Below, piece by piece: positions 1 through 13,839 of a stretch of 64,000 bases of DNA. The translations under genes were made by a program, and so were the position numbers. The stretch lies in the NCBI RefSeq assembly GCF_000150275.1, contig NW_002060949.1, forward strand, positions 1,609,836 through 1,673,835, written 5' to 3'. The notes below the pieces were generated by a model. That model ran no database searches. It saw nothing but the letters and a program-made list of their open reading frames with translations, and was not told the origin of the DNA. Every line of letters starts with the position of its first letter. The first letter of the stretch is position 1. The stretch is from Trichoplax adhaerens (taxonomy: Eukaryota > Animalia > Placozoa).

Positions 1-2186
1 GATAACCAGGAAGTCGGTAGCGTAGGTGCCGAGTATGATATACAGTAGATGTAAAAGTCTAGATAAATTTAATTCTTTGGCCAATAATTATCGAGCTTTA
101 TGGAAAATTTAAAATCAACATATAAGGAAACTGCTGTAAGTTATGCTAGTTGATAAAGTCTACGATTTTTCTGAAAAATACGCCATGCTAACTATATATC
201 TTGAAATAGAAAATATAAATCCAAATAAAAACATAGATTTTTCGGTATATAGATATATTACTTTCACATCCCTACCTTGTTTATATGCAATGTATGATCT
301 TGCTGGTCTAATAACTTAACGTTTCTAAAAAAGTTATCATTCTTTTGATTGTAGATTTGAAAAAAGCAAATCATACGCAGTTTCCTATATAAGTTATATG
401 AAAATAATAAATATGGGTATTGAATGCCTTTAAGTAGCTCTAATGCTGATACAGTTAGTATTCAGCTAAAACATTTCAATTTAGCTGCTGAATTGATATG
501 AATAAGAGGGTAATTTAGTAAGTAAGGACATTGCAGAAGATAATATCTCATCTGCAACATGATTCGCTATTTCTGTAATTATGATATTCATCTAAGGGCT
601 CGAGGTAAGTTTTACTCAGCATCGCTCACAAGGTAAACAGTGTCGTGCATTTTCGCTGATTTGATTCTAATAGCAATTTATGAATTGAGGATATATTAAG
701 GGTTGCTATAAAATCGTAAAATCGCATACGCAAATATATAGCCAAATCGCAACGTTACCAGCATTCTATTTTATTTTCCAGATAGTTTTGTAGCTAATCA
801 ATTATTTTACTTTGTCAGCATCGATAATTAACATTATTAAAATGGATTAATATTATTAATGCAATAATTACTCATTTACTTATTATTCAATTTTAAAATG
901 GCAGTCTTATGTACTTATGATGACTCACAAAGTAATAAAAAGAATCATTGTATTAATTACCTATCTTTTCGCTATAGTACTGTACTGCACATCATTTGCA
1001 TATGAATCCTGCAAATAGTTTACCTAAATATTGCAAATATTGAACTTTACCCAGAATATCACTTAGACAAGCGGTTGATTGACTAAAGATATTTCAGATG
1101 ATTCAATTAGTCATTTTTATTGGTATAATTACTATTTATATCAAGAGAGTGCTACGCATGGATGATGTGTAATAAGATTTTAATGCAAGATATAATTGAT
1201 AATAGGAAACGTTATTTAAATTTAGTATTTACAGACCAGTAAAGTTTTAACAGTGATACAATTTCAAAATGTTTATTATAATATTTAAATAAACCTGAGC
1301 TATTCCTACAATCTATTTTATCATCTATGCAGCAGCCTAAATAGTGATATCTAAAAACATGTAATCAGTTTCCGACTACGATAAACACATATTCTGTTTG
1401 TTCTAATAAGTTCATATACACAACGTCATTGACCATAAAATAAAATCTGTAAGTACCTCTAATGACGGTCAGATATCATGCATAGCAGAGATAATATCTT
1501 GGCGACACGACCATAATGAAAAAATTTCGATTTCATTATGAGCGTGAAATATAGGACCAATTACTTCAATATATAATATAATCTATTCTTTAAATGAATT
1601 TGCTATGAAAAGTATTTGACATACGTATGTCTATACTGTAATACTCTATCTTTAAATAAGCAGACGCAAAGGAATACTTAAATTAAATATTAGTAAATGG
1701 AGTGGTAGTAGAATTAATTTAAAATATTTAGTTTTATATCTTAAATAAGGATGAATTTACGTAAAATTCTTTTATGGTACCAATGAATAAGACCTTATCT
1801 TTTTACTTATCTACTCGTACTTAGCAAATCTAAAGTCTGACAGTGTTACTTGGCTCTGGAGAATTAATAACTCTTCCAATATTGGCTGAGCGATAATGAA
1901 GATAGATATTCTGGTCATATCAGTTTATTAATTTGATATATATTTAAGATATTGACGCAGTTAACCATACGTTTTGTCCATTTACGATGCAAAACTATAA
2001 TAGAATGATAGATGACCTACGTCAATTCTTAATTTATGCTTATTATTTCTAATCGATGTAAAGCTAAAGCATATGGGCAAGCTTTTGTTCCCTTATCGCG
2101 TCTAACATACATTTATATCAGTCATCGACAAACATATGTTTCATATAAATTGATCAGACTGTCAGGAAATTTTAAACATAATCACA

Positions 2187-5100
2187 ATGGCGGCTAGTAG
2201 AACCATCAATAGTTGGGTTTTTCTAATCATAGCTCTTTCATTCCTTGTACAAACTAATATTCACTCTTCTCAGGCTGCAGTAATATTTGACATCGATAGC
2301 AATGTATCTCAACCTCTACCAACAACGGATAACGTAAGTTGAACAGTATTAATAAAAGGTTTCACTGAATGGAAGTATATGCTTTCAATTCGAATGTGTT
2401 AATGTCATCATTCTTATTACTATTAGTATTAATCTTTTATTCCGTTTACTTAATCGATCGGCTTAGTTTTAGCGTATTGACGTTTAAGCATAATTGGATC
2501 ATCTATTTTCCACAAAAAAGAAAAACTTTATTGCAATCCGACATCATTTCATCTATTGGAGCTATTGAAGCTGCACAAATTAGAAATATTGTCAACAATA
2601 AATCGGAGTTACTTCTTATTGATTAGCTTAAATGCCGACGATAATGTACCTTATGTATCCATTAGATGTAATCAGCTGCACAGTACAATGTTGACAGAAT
2701 GTCAAACACTAATAATTTGACTTCACATTAATTATAAAAAATTTTCTACATATTATATTAAATATTATCCATCAGCCATATCGACTATGATTTGTCGCTC
2801 TAATAAAAATGATTACAATTTTTTGCTCAAAGACAAGTGGTGGTGCTGGTGATACTTGCTACCAGATGAGACATAGCTGGTTTCCCTGTGCTAATAACGT
2901 AAGCAATTAGTTGACTATTTCGTAAAAAGTAAGAGACGAAGCAAATATTAATAGCACCGCTGCAAGATTTGTTAATGATTATAAAATTAGCTCCAGTATT
3001 TATAAAAATATATAGAATATCATGAAGATTTTTGTAAGACGTTCCAGTATTTCTTGTTTAAAGTTTGAAAGACTGATTATGAAGCTAATACATGACTACT
3101 TTATAGATTCCTGGAAATTTGATTTTAATGGTCTTTTATGGCACGATATTGATAATGGCAGCTAAATTAATTTCAGGTATGGAAGGATAAAATACTGTTT
3201 TAATTATCGTATGAAGAGTGTACGATTATAATACCTGACATAGAATACATAATTAATCTGCCTCATCTTAAATCTGGTCGATCAATTACCTATGCTTTGT
3301 GAGCTTATCAAGTTAGGTTCTCAGAATACGATTAGTTTCATAAAATAATACAACATTTTATTATATTTTGTTATGGGAATCATGTTTACACAATCTGATG
3401 TACATAACATATTAATTAATGTATTTTAACAGATGGAGCAGAATTGTTGTTAGATTTAGGATTGCCAGCCAGCATCATTGGTAAGTGAGATCTATTGAAG
3501 TTGCAGAATCATCATTACCTCATAATATTCGTATGTAACATACCGTAATAACATAGTAATTTAGAAAGCGAATTTGCGAAAATAGATAATATAAGCATAA
3601 TAAATGATAATAATAATGATTTAGGACTTTATAACAATTAGGTGGGTTGGTATTGCCACTACTAGGAGCCATACCTGATGCAGTCATGATTTTAGTATCT
3701 GGATTAGGACCTAAAGAATTAGCGCAAAGAAAAATAAGCGTAGGAATGGGGTATGAATTTTAGTTTACCGATAAGGCTGAAAAGTTTAGAACAGAGAAAA
3801 ATACGAAGATGAATTGAACTTGATAGTATTTACAAGCTATTGATAGAAATAAGCAAATGTTAAGTTAATGCTGGACTCGTTCTGTTTGCTCATGAACTAA
3901 TTTCTCAATGATTAATTCTAGAGCATTGGCTGGTAGCACAATTATGTTGCTAACACTAGCTTGGGCGGGTAGTTTAATTATTGGCAGGTGTGATTTAGGC
4001 GAAGACGGCAAAGCAATCGAAAAAACGGGCGCTGATAAATTTAGCCTAACCCGCCAGGTATTCAACTTAAACTACTAGATGTTGCTCTTACCTAAGATTG
4101 ATGATCGTTTCGTGTCTTTTATCTTTCTTGAATCAGCCATAAATGAAATCTATAAATATCCTTTGTTATTTTAGGGAGTTACCGTTATGAGTGATGTCAA
4201 AGTTGGTGTTATTGTGATGGTTTTAACATCTCTATCCTACCTGTAAGCTCTATGTTGATATGTTAATTAATTTAGATGCTAAGTAAAACGTAAAAATCTA
4301 CCTCTATTTCGATTATTATACAGTAGTATTTTCAATTTATTAAACAAATTAGAATCTGATTTATAGTTAAGGGTTTAAGTTAGGTTTTAACTTTCTTGAC
4401 TGATTAAATAATCGCCAATGCTATGCAATATTTCAATATCTTCTATTTATGATCCAGCGTTGTGCAAACTGCTGATTGGGTTTATGGTCCGAGCAAAGTA
4501 GGGCCTCAACCGGCTTATATTCGCTACTGTGCTCTAGCAACAATGATTATAAGCATTATCAGCTGTATTGTTAACATGGCCTATTTGGTAAATACTGTGT
4601 TAAATTTATTTTTTTAGCTATGATAGCAAGAACTCAGTTTTATGTTTGATAAATACTCATTCAATTGGATAATTTAGATATGGGATAGTAAAGCTGCAGA
4701 AAGAAGGCAGCAAAGACGTCATGAAGAAATGTAAAATGATTAAGTTGAAACTATTAATGATTACTCATAACGTATTTAAGATTGTTGTTGCTTGAATTCC
4801 AACTGAATGACAGTTATCATTGAAAATAGGCTGAAAAGAAAAGTAGTACAAAAATTCATTCTGAATATGACCGCTTCATTTACACAGCCGTCCAAAATAG
4901 GCGATGTTGAAAGAGCACAAGATCATAACACTAAGGTAGCTGGTACAAGCCAAGCTAATGAGGACGAAGAATCTACGAATGAGAAAAGCCGATTGGTTCC
5001 TCCTGCAGCTGGTGTGTATAGAATAAGGCTAAATTTATATTAACCTAGTCTTTTCAGTCAAGTTTTACTGTTAAAAGTAGCAAGATGTCGCATCGAGTTA

Positions 5101-7279
5101 AGATCTTAGAACTGTATATTTATTAAATTCTATCTGTTTGTACTTATTAGAGCGAAATATAGCTAAATTAATTGGTATATACAGTAAATTTATGATATCT
5201 CTTTAATTTAGGTCTATCTAAAAAGTATTTTACTGCATGGAAAGTAATGGCTTCAGCAAAAGAGAGCCAAGAAGAAAAAGAAGAGGAAGAGAGCCCGAAA
5301 CAAGACGAAAATGAGCAGAAAAAAGAAACAGATGAACCCAAAGGAAAGGTATACAAGTAGAATTATTAAGCAATCATTTCCATTGGAAAATATTGGTTCA
5401 TGATAAAAGATTTTTGGTTATTCTTCATATTCGGGAAAGAACAAAGTACTGCACAGTGTATCATCACTATATTTAGCTAACGATAGATGGTGAATCCTGT
5501 AGCCAAATTAAACACTGATGTCATAAATGAGAGCTGATAGAATTAGTCATGTAAGAAAAATTTTCATTTGATCACTTGAAGAAGACCGAAAAAGAATCAA
5601 CTATATCTAGTGATCTTGATCTATTTATTATAACCTATGAACTATCAATTATTTAGAAATGGCTATGCAATATTGCCAACTGATTTTTTAATTTACATAA
5701 TATGAGTCAATGATATATTCGTATGGCTATCCATACGGGATAAGTTGTATAAATTAAAAGACAGATTATAGAGTCACGAAGTAGTAATTTATTGACGAGC
5801 AACTTCGCTTATTATTATTTATAGACTAAGTTAATCATCGTAAATAAAACTGATACCATCTATTATCTTTGGCTGATTTAGGATAGTGATGAACCTGAAG
5901 ATAAGGACAAAGTCCTAAAGAAATCGATAGCAATGTTACTGGGTGGATTATTACTGGTAGCTAGCTCTATATTTAAAGCTAAAGATTTAATTTGTTAATT
6001 TGCGCTTGCTTTTTTAGTAGTTAATTAGCAATCAAGTTTATCAATAAGTTAACTAAAAGAAGTAGTTTTAGATGCAATTGTAGTTTTATCCAAGTTTTAA
6101 TTCATCAATACTAATTATTGGATAATAAATAATTAATTATATGTAATCAAATAATTTTGATGGTCAATAATTTTAGATATTAAATGGAGTTGTTTCAAAG
6201 CGCTGCTCTGATTTTGTTACTTACTAATGATTTTAGGTAATTAATATAATAAACTTTAGAATTTTATACTTTTCTATCATACAGGTAACGTTTTTCTCAG
6301 ATCCGATGTGTAATGCTGTTGTAGCATTAACTAACCCATATAATGAGAACTACATTCCAATTTCCGGTAAGCAAAGTTATCATTACTATTAATTAGTATA
6401 AAAACGACATATAACTTGATTCTTACACAACAAGGGAGCTCTAGTTATTCCAATACTAGTGCTAATATCGATTAAATATCAAATTTAAATAGTGCGATAT
6501 TAATTTTGACATCTTGTTCTACTACATAATTATTTAAAATTTCAATCCGGAAAACTAGCCTTTTATATCTCGTTTGTGGTCAATCCAATTTGCTCCAATG
6601 CATCTGAATTAATTTCTTCTTTGCAATTTGCTGCTAAAAGAAAGCGATTAAATATAACCGTAACATACAGCCAGGTTACACTGCTATTTTCGTATTCAGT
6701 TATTTCTATAATTACTATCATTAAAGAATTTTATTAAGTTAGCTTGTGTTGATAGTTATTTTGCGTCGATTTGTTTTAGCTATATGGAGCAGCTACAATG
6801 AATAATACGTTATGCCTGGCTGTATTTACTGGATTAGTATTTTTCCGAGGTTTACAATGGGAATCATCCGCAGGTTAGTCTTAAGCATTCAAAATTTTGA
6901 CTGCTATTTAACAGCTTTTTCTTTATTTCTTAAATTCCATAGTGGTGTCTAGACGACTAATTTGACTATCATCTATTTATTTTAATCAAATTATCGCAGA
7001 GGTATTGGTGATATTAATAGTTGTATGGTTTGTAGCAATATTTGGATATAGGGAAACTTATAAGGTAAAGATAAGGGAATAAAACAAAAAAATAGTTATA
7101 TTTAAAAAAAATTAGTATCAATGAAATTGACAGATGATGTCTTTAAGTTGATTTGTCTGATTAAATTTAACTTCATGTTATTTCCATAGGTATGGATGGG
7201 CTTTCCGATCGCCGTCATGTACATTTTCTCTATTGTCTTAGTAGCAATTTTGCAAAGTCCACTAGTTGGTTGGAAGTAA
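2187..7279 (+). CDS. Sodium/calcium exchanger-like (NCL/EFCAX-type, CaCA superfamily) membrane transporter, multi-exon
   Basis: Spliced by hand: exon 1 2187-2333 (signal-peptide-like MAASRTINSWVFLIIALSFLVQ), exon 2 2833-2898 (CYQMRHSWFPCANN), then IPGNLILMVFYGTILIMAAKLISDGAELLLDLG, alpha-1 repeat GGLVLPLLGAIPDAVMILVSGLG...VGMGALAGSTIMLLT, alpha-2 repeat FYISFVVNPICSNASELISSLQFA...YGAATMNNTLCL, last exon 7190-7279 ending GWK*. These match plant NCL motifs from memory (GGLFLPMLGALPDA; LPLATNSSE; TMNNILCL). Confidence 0.9.
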
Positions 7280-8499
7280 CGCAATTAAGCTGGCAGTTGC
7301 AGTCTGCGATAACAGAAAATGCTTGATAGCATTCAATACATCTTCTATATTTGACAGGCTAAATAGTTTAAATTTTTACTGGCTATTAATTAATCTTTAC
7401 TTTGTAAAATTAAACGTTATATAGATGAAATAAATATCATTATTATGACCAAACACTATAGAATACAAGAGTAAAAATGCCTTTAAAATCTTACAGTAAA
7501 CCATTTTTTTATGAGGAATATTTTAACTATGGTATGATATAGGTGAAACTGAAGCAATTCTAATAGTCGTGTTGATTGATTATGTATGCTCTACAGAGGT
7601 TCGTTATTTAAGCTAGAACATATTCTTAAATTAAATGCTAGAGATATCGATAGACCGAAAAATTTTTAAATATAGTACTTCTTTATAACCTTATTAATAG
7701 TCCAGCTACAATGCTAATTACTTCGGTAATCAGGCTTGTTCATGTATATCTCCAATGTGTACCTACATACATACAATATGTAGCTGCTTTAGCGAAAATA
7801 GACAATTATATTTTCATCTTATGTTCAGAATCAAATTTAGATATTAGTCCACTGTGCTGAAATTGCAAATTGAAGAATTAAGTATTAAAAACAACATTCG
7901 TTTTCCTGACATATGCAAAGATAATTTCTTTTATAATTTGATAGTCAATTGTTTCTCTATCAATATCTAATGCAGCTATATAAAATGAATTTGTTTCAAA
8001 CTAATCTGCTATATGAAATACACCTTTATAAATTAGATTATTTTACCTTTAGTGTGTTAATAAATGCAAATACAAGAGCAAAGATGTCGTTAAATTACTG
8101 TGTTTTATAGTAATCACTTGAATGCCTTTATTTCGTTCGTGTACTCACATATGGTACATTATCATGAATCAGTTGATATGACGGATCTTAGCAATTTTCG
8201 TATAGTTATTTTATTCTAGGAATTAGACATTACAGCATAAATCGCATGCAAATGTGGTTTGCAATTTTAGAAATTTAAAATGTATCACAATTCATGCAAT
8301 TAAATAAATTGATGATTCATCGAATTAGCCTAATTTAGAATTAAATGATAGCGAAAAGAGGAAATAATACAGTATTATAGCTGTGACGGATATAACTACA
8401 CTACCCGTAGAATCCTATTTAATTAATCGATAACATAATCGTAAAATTAGGTTGCCCTAATCAGTTATCTGCTAGTTTGCAATAAGGCATAGAAAAGAA

Positions 8500-8940
8500 T
8501 TTAGAAATTGCCCGCAATATAACCTGATATACAGTCTAATACAGTGCTCAGCTATTACTAGTCAAAATTCTTAAAGTACATGCAAATCGTTCGTGTACTG
8601 TAGATAATGAGTAACTTGTCAAGATTATAATTATGCTTTAGTAAAAGCGTTAGGAATAAAAGTTCGCCGCAATGTAACCTGATATGCTGTACAGTATAGT
8701 ACTCAAAATTTTTAAAATACATGCAAATCATTGGTCTACTGTGAATATGAGTAACTTTTAAGGATTACAATTATGCGTTAGTTAAGGGGTTAGGAATAAA
8801 AATTAGCCATAATGTAACCTGATATAGTGTATGCGTATAACGTAGTACTCAAAATTTTAAAAATATATGCAAATCATTCGTCTACTGTAGATATGAGTAG
8901 CTTTATCAAGATTACCATTATATCTTAGTTATGGCGTTGG
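8500..8940. repeat. Diverged tandem repeat, three units of about 140-155 bp
   Basis: AACCTGATA anchors at 8521, 8676 and 8816, each followed by ...CAAAATT..AA..TA(C/T)ATGCAAATC.TT.GT.TACTGT...ATGAGTA.CTT...AAGATTA.AATTAT...TTAGT. Confidence 0.85.
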
Positions 8941-9334
8941 GCCCATTTACGACGTGTAGATTTTAGTTTTAGACTAATTATCAATTTTTATATAGTGCTG
9001 GAGTAGTTTTTACTGCCACAATCACTACAGACTTAACAGATTTTCTTTTTTATTTATAATGGCGCAAGTTAGCTAATTCTTATAAATTACAGCAGTTTGT
9101 AATCCATAGGTTTGCAGATTACAAATGTAACAACGTCAAAACACCACAACCTAAACTTACAATAAAGCTATTCAATGTTTTTTTAAAACTGTTACAAGTT
9201 TTCAGCATTTGACGGATAATCACTTTCAAGCAGGTTGGTTAAAGCTTCATATAATAGAATGTAGCCTGCATAAAACTATAGCAATCATATAAATGAATGC
9301 ATTTAAATGAATTGATCTATTTTCTTCCTTTGCA

Positions 9335-11275
9335 TTACTTTGCCTCAACCAATTTCCACCAATGGCCACAATCACATTGCTGTGGATTACCTTTCTTTAA
9401 AGTCATATAGATAATTTGAGTTGCTTCCGGCTCACCTTATCGTTTGCAAAGAGTAAAGTATTAATGAACAATGTGTACTATCATCAGAGCAAGTAAAAGC
9501 TATTTACACGATTTCACCATAAGGTATGAAATAGAAAAAGTAAGCAGTGATATACATTTCTATACAGAAAAGTCTATTTTTCTAGATTGATTCACATTTA
9601 CAAGGCAACCATCTATTAATAGAAGATAATGAGTGGATTGGAGCTGAATAAAAGCATTCCTTGAGTATTTTTTTTATATATTTATAGATGGCATTGACAT
9701 ATATATATATTTGTACATTGTTTAAATTAGCTCTTTCTAGCTTACTACTGTAGGATAGTCAATAGCCGTAAAGGTAATTGTGCAGTCGCTATCGATATCG
9801 GGGTAACAGTTATGGAATAAACACTGGATACTTACAAACGCAACCCAATATCCTTTCATCGAAATGAGAAGGGACCCCGCGTGGGTTTACTGCAGTTCCC
9901 CATGGACCTTCGTGAAAGCTCATATCAAAGGGATCCTAAAAGATCAATTTTACAGTTATTGTTAGGCAGCAGTTGATATTAAAATCTTATTGTAGTACAC
10001 TAAGGTTTCCATAAAATAGTAGCGTACAGCCCTAGAACAGAGCCAGTAGAAACCGTTCAATAGTTATAAATAGAAACTGTAGAAATTGTTAGGAAGAGAA
10101 TTATAGCAGGAAGAATAGAAAAACTTTATCATGATGAGGATACATAAGCTATCACTTCGGCATGCTAATTTTTATGGCTATTACTAGTTCATAGCATGAT
10201 AGTAACGATTGGATTTTGCTTTATTCAAGGGTCTACAACATTGAATATAATTTCCTACTGTATGCTACATTCAAGCTTGAATGATATTTAGGGGAAATGG
10301 AAGATTATTCTTTCAGTGCTGAGGAGAAGATTGCGATGGCCATTTCTATATACATTCAATCATGTATAATGGTGAAATGGCCGTTTACATCTTGATAATG
10401 GCGAATCACTATACAAACGATATAAACTCTGGTTGAAGCGACAATAAAGTCCAAAGTATTAAACTAGTTGCTGCATAACTGTTAATGTATCGATGCTGGC
10501 ATAAAATGGGATATTACTGCTATGAATATTATATGTACAATAGTACTAAAAATCCTATAGATCGTCATGATGTCTGCCTATTCTGTTCAAAGTGATTTTT
10601 GTACGCGGCGAAAAATGGAATCTAGAATTATGTAATTACTAAGTACGCGTACATAGGTTATAAAGAGAATGTCGATGACTGCTCGGTAGGAACATTGAAG
10701 CTTATTCCTTTGATTATCGTTTAATAAATTAAGCGTTTGTTTTCATGACTTACAGTGTTACCAGTCATCATAGCGTCATGTTCAAATTTTTCTTTACCGG
10801 TTGCTTGCTCACTAGCGCTAGGGATTCGGCCAGTGACGCCAACATCTGAAGCTACAATTGGAAAAAAGGAAAATGCCCATCTGTGAGCTACCAGAACAAA
10901 TCCTACATCATTATATACAGACTAGACTAATGTCGTAAAATGGAATTGTTTGGGTATAAGACCATTGAAAAGTATTTATTTTAGTGTAGAGGAAGAGAAG
11001 TGGTATACAGAAAAAGTCTTGAGCACATAGTGCGCTTTGATGCACAAGCATACTAAACATCCACATGCAAAAACACCCGAAAAGTTGGTACATATGTAAT
11101 ATGAAAATGTTATGTCATCCAAGCTTCAATTTATGAGTATGATAGGTTCAAATATTTAGTTATAGTTACATTGCGTTGTTTCATGACGAACTCCGTTGAT
11201 TAAAGCTCGTGAGACAGTAGGATTAAAAATGCAACGGTAGAAACTCGGCAGTGACAATCGAGTCAGAGAAGCCAT
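9335..11275 (-). CDS. COX5B: Cytochrome c oxidase subunit 5B, mitochondrial precursor (4 exons)
   Basis: Exons 11275-11170, 10851-10754, 9935-9836 and 9435-9335, all GT-AG and phase-consistent. Protein: Arg/Ser-rich presequence MASLTRLSLPSFYR..., IPSASEQATGKEKFE, DPFDM...GTAVNPRGVPSHFDERILGCVC, then QCDCGHWWKLVEAK* (zinc-binding Cys of COX5B). Absent from the ORF track. Confidence 0.95.
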
Positions 11276-11312
11276 TTTTCTTTAGCAGCGATGGAAGAGT
11301 TGACCGTTTTTT

Positions 11313-11324
11313 TGCGCATGCGTA
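11313..11324. promoter_or_regulatory. NRF1-like site (TGCGCATGCGTA) upstream of COX5B
   Basis: Near-perfect match to the NRF1 palindrome TGCGCATGCGCA, 38 bp upstream of the COX5B ATG in an AT-rich background. Confidence 0.6.
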
Positions 11325-11429
11325 CCAGAAGGAGCACGGACAATCACTAGCAGCAGTGCCCAACCCCGGTACTCGTCCCCGGGCTTGAGCACTGGCCTAA
11401 CTCTACTGTGGTCGGATCCCATCGAGGTC

Positions 11430-12305
11430 AAACGACAGTACTGTAGCCTACAATACTGCTTGTCAATACTGCACACTGTACACTGTACTGTACGATGCAT
11501 GTGTTTGTGTCGCTACAAGTTGAAGTGTATATGCTGCTACAGGGTAGCGGTAGCGGTCACGTTTACAGAGGGAAAGCTGTGTACTATGTACTGTACTGCA
11601 ACCTGGATAGGCTATCAACTGGACTAGTCAGTAGTCCTTCTTCCGTACTCTACTGTCTATATACAGTACAGTATATTATGGAAAATCATAGACCAACGCC
11701 AAACTACAGTATCAATCTGACTGTGAAGACGGTACTGTTATAATGTACCCTAGTGTACAGTAAGTAAAAAGTGCCTGATGTCTTCAACATCCAGAGACCA
11801 AATCCAATTTGCTTTTTTTTGTCTTAGTCCCAGGAACATGGACATGACAGTTTGGATTCATACAGTACAATGTACACTATCCACTGTACACTGTACTCAG
11901 TATACTGTACTGTACAGTACATACTGTAAACTGCACGAGGCTCTTTTACAGTACAGTACACTGTACAGGACAGTGTACTGTACTGTAAAACCTGGAGCTT
12001 CCAAGTCCCTTGGAAAAAAACGTACAGTTTGTCTCCATATGATATACTCTACATGGTGTAGATGCTTTATATTGAACACATGAAGGGAGAGATTCAATCA
12101 GGGGCTTTTGAATCGACTTTTCTCTTACTGTAGAAATGTCAGTATGTTTTTTTCTTAACTCTATCATTGTACCACACGTCTGCAACCGTCCACTACGATT
12201 GTCATCGTAACATGAGTTAGACTTGCAAAGAAAATTTGCAACCAATACTGTACACTGTACTGTACAGTACGGTATCATGAGTAATGTACTGTGCACTGTA
12301 CACTC
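11430..12305. repeat. Palindromic TACAG/CTGTA low-complexity island 1 (upstream of COX5B)
   Basis: Dense TACAGTAC, GTACTGTA and TACACTGTAC units in both orientations; they generate the spurious YCTVQ-type ORFs. Confidence 0.85.
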
Positions 12306-13839
12306 AACGTCGAGCATAGTAACCGTGTCCGCAGCTCGATTCGAAGTCGACTCAGACCTTGGAAATTTCTTGATTGCTCTTGATCACTTACAGCTTACAT
12401 ACTTATGCCTTGTACTCGTATACCATCTCTACGCTCTTACAGTAAATGAATTATCTTTCAATTGCATTAATGCATGTTAAACTTCGTAACACTTTACTGA
12501 GAAAAATCACCATCGAAATAACCATGAGCTCATCCAATTTTTCAAATACGTGTACATTTCAATAGGCCAGAATAGGTTGTTCTTTGAACTGCTCATTGCG
12601 AGTGGTTATAACGAAATGAAATACTGTCCTCATTTTTCCTAGGATGCTAATCAATTCTTATTAAGGAAGCGTTTACTACTGTACAATGCAAATGCTGCTT
12701 CCCAATGAGATAGATGAATAAGGAAGGATTGAATACCGTAGTAATGATATCAACACGCTTCTGTACTATTGATTCAAGTAGCCACAGTAAACACTTGAAG
12801 TATGATGGATGACTGCTGTAACTCTTATATCTGCTAATAGATCCCTTGCTCGTTGTAGTGGGTGTACTATACTGTACTTGTACTTTTCACTGTATTATTT
12901 ATCGTTGACTCATAATAATTAATTATCCCTGAATTTCCTATCATACTTTTCTACGCCATTGCAAGTTTAAACAGTTCTTTGTTTCTTTACTCTCGTGAAG
13001 TAATATTACCATGTATCGACATGCATTTACAATAACTATGTCGTTATTAATTCTAAGAAAGTCTTTCCCTTCTACTATTAATTCTAAAAACGTGCATCCT
13101 ACTAAGCATTACCAGTTCTTCAATGACAACATATAAAATGATGAGTGAGTTTTGCCGAAACGACAATGACTCAACGTTCTTACGCAATTGGTCAAACCAT
13201 CCAATTAAGTAAAGGCAGAGGCAGAATTTAATGATTCAATTCATCTGCATTTTCGTACTAGTCACACAATAGCTATAAATGATTATTGTGTTAAGAACCT
13301 TAGGCTAATGTACTTTATTGCCGAAACAAAAGTATTTATCTAGATGAGGAAAAACAAATAAATACTTGCCTTGAGCAACTATCGGCATTTTCATGCTGTG
13401 TAAAATACGACTGTGAACAAACGGTACCGTAGTTACTGATGCTTAAAACACATCACAAGCAAATCATTATACACCTATTTTGTCACTACTCTTAGCAATC
13501 CAAGTTATAACTACATCATAGAGCATTAACTATTCCTAAATATATGTCAAATCGATGTACTAGGCAGCATTTGAATACATGAATATACGTGGCTGTACTA
13601 TATACTCCCTTACGAGTTTTCGCACTGCTACAATATAAACCAATAATGTAATATCTAGCCATTTTTAAAAGTACGATAATTAAAAATTAAGATAATTAGG
13701 CAAGAACGATGAATACCAGGTCAAACCAGAACGTACGATCTTTATATTCTGTTAAAGAAAATCATTTTATTTTTTAGAATATTACCATACAGCACTAAAT
13801 AAAATAAGTTATATCATAAGCGTACCAATAATATAACTT

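Noticed and set aside
540-610. GAG|GTAAGT donor at about 605 as a coding exon
   Set aside because: No supporting reading frame; at most a 5'UTR exon of the NCL gene, which cannot be verified here.
10131-10322. C/D snoRNA in COX5B intron (ATGATGA...CTGA)
   Set aside because: Antisense to the host gene, too long, no terminal stem.
11282-12480. Overlapping Y/C/T/V/Q-rich ORFs on both strands (also 21494-23549 and 58422-59227)
   Set aside because: They are translations of the TACAG/CTGTA repeats, which contain few stop codons; no domain or splice support.
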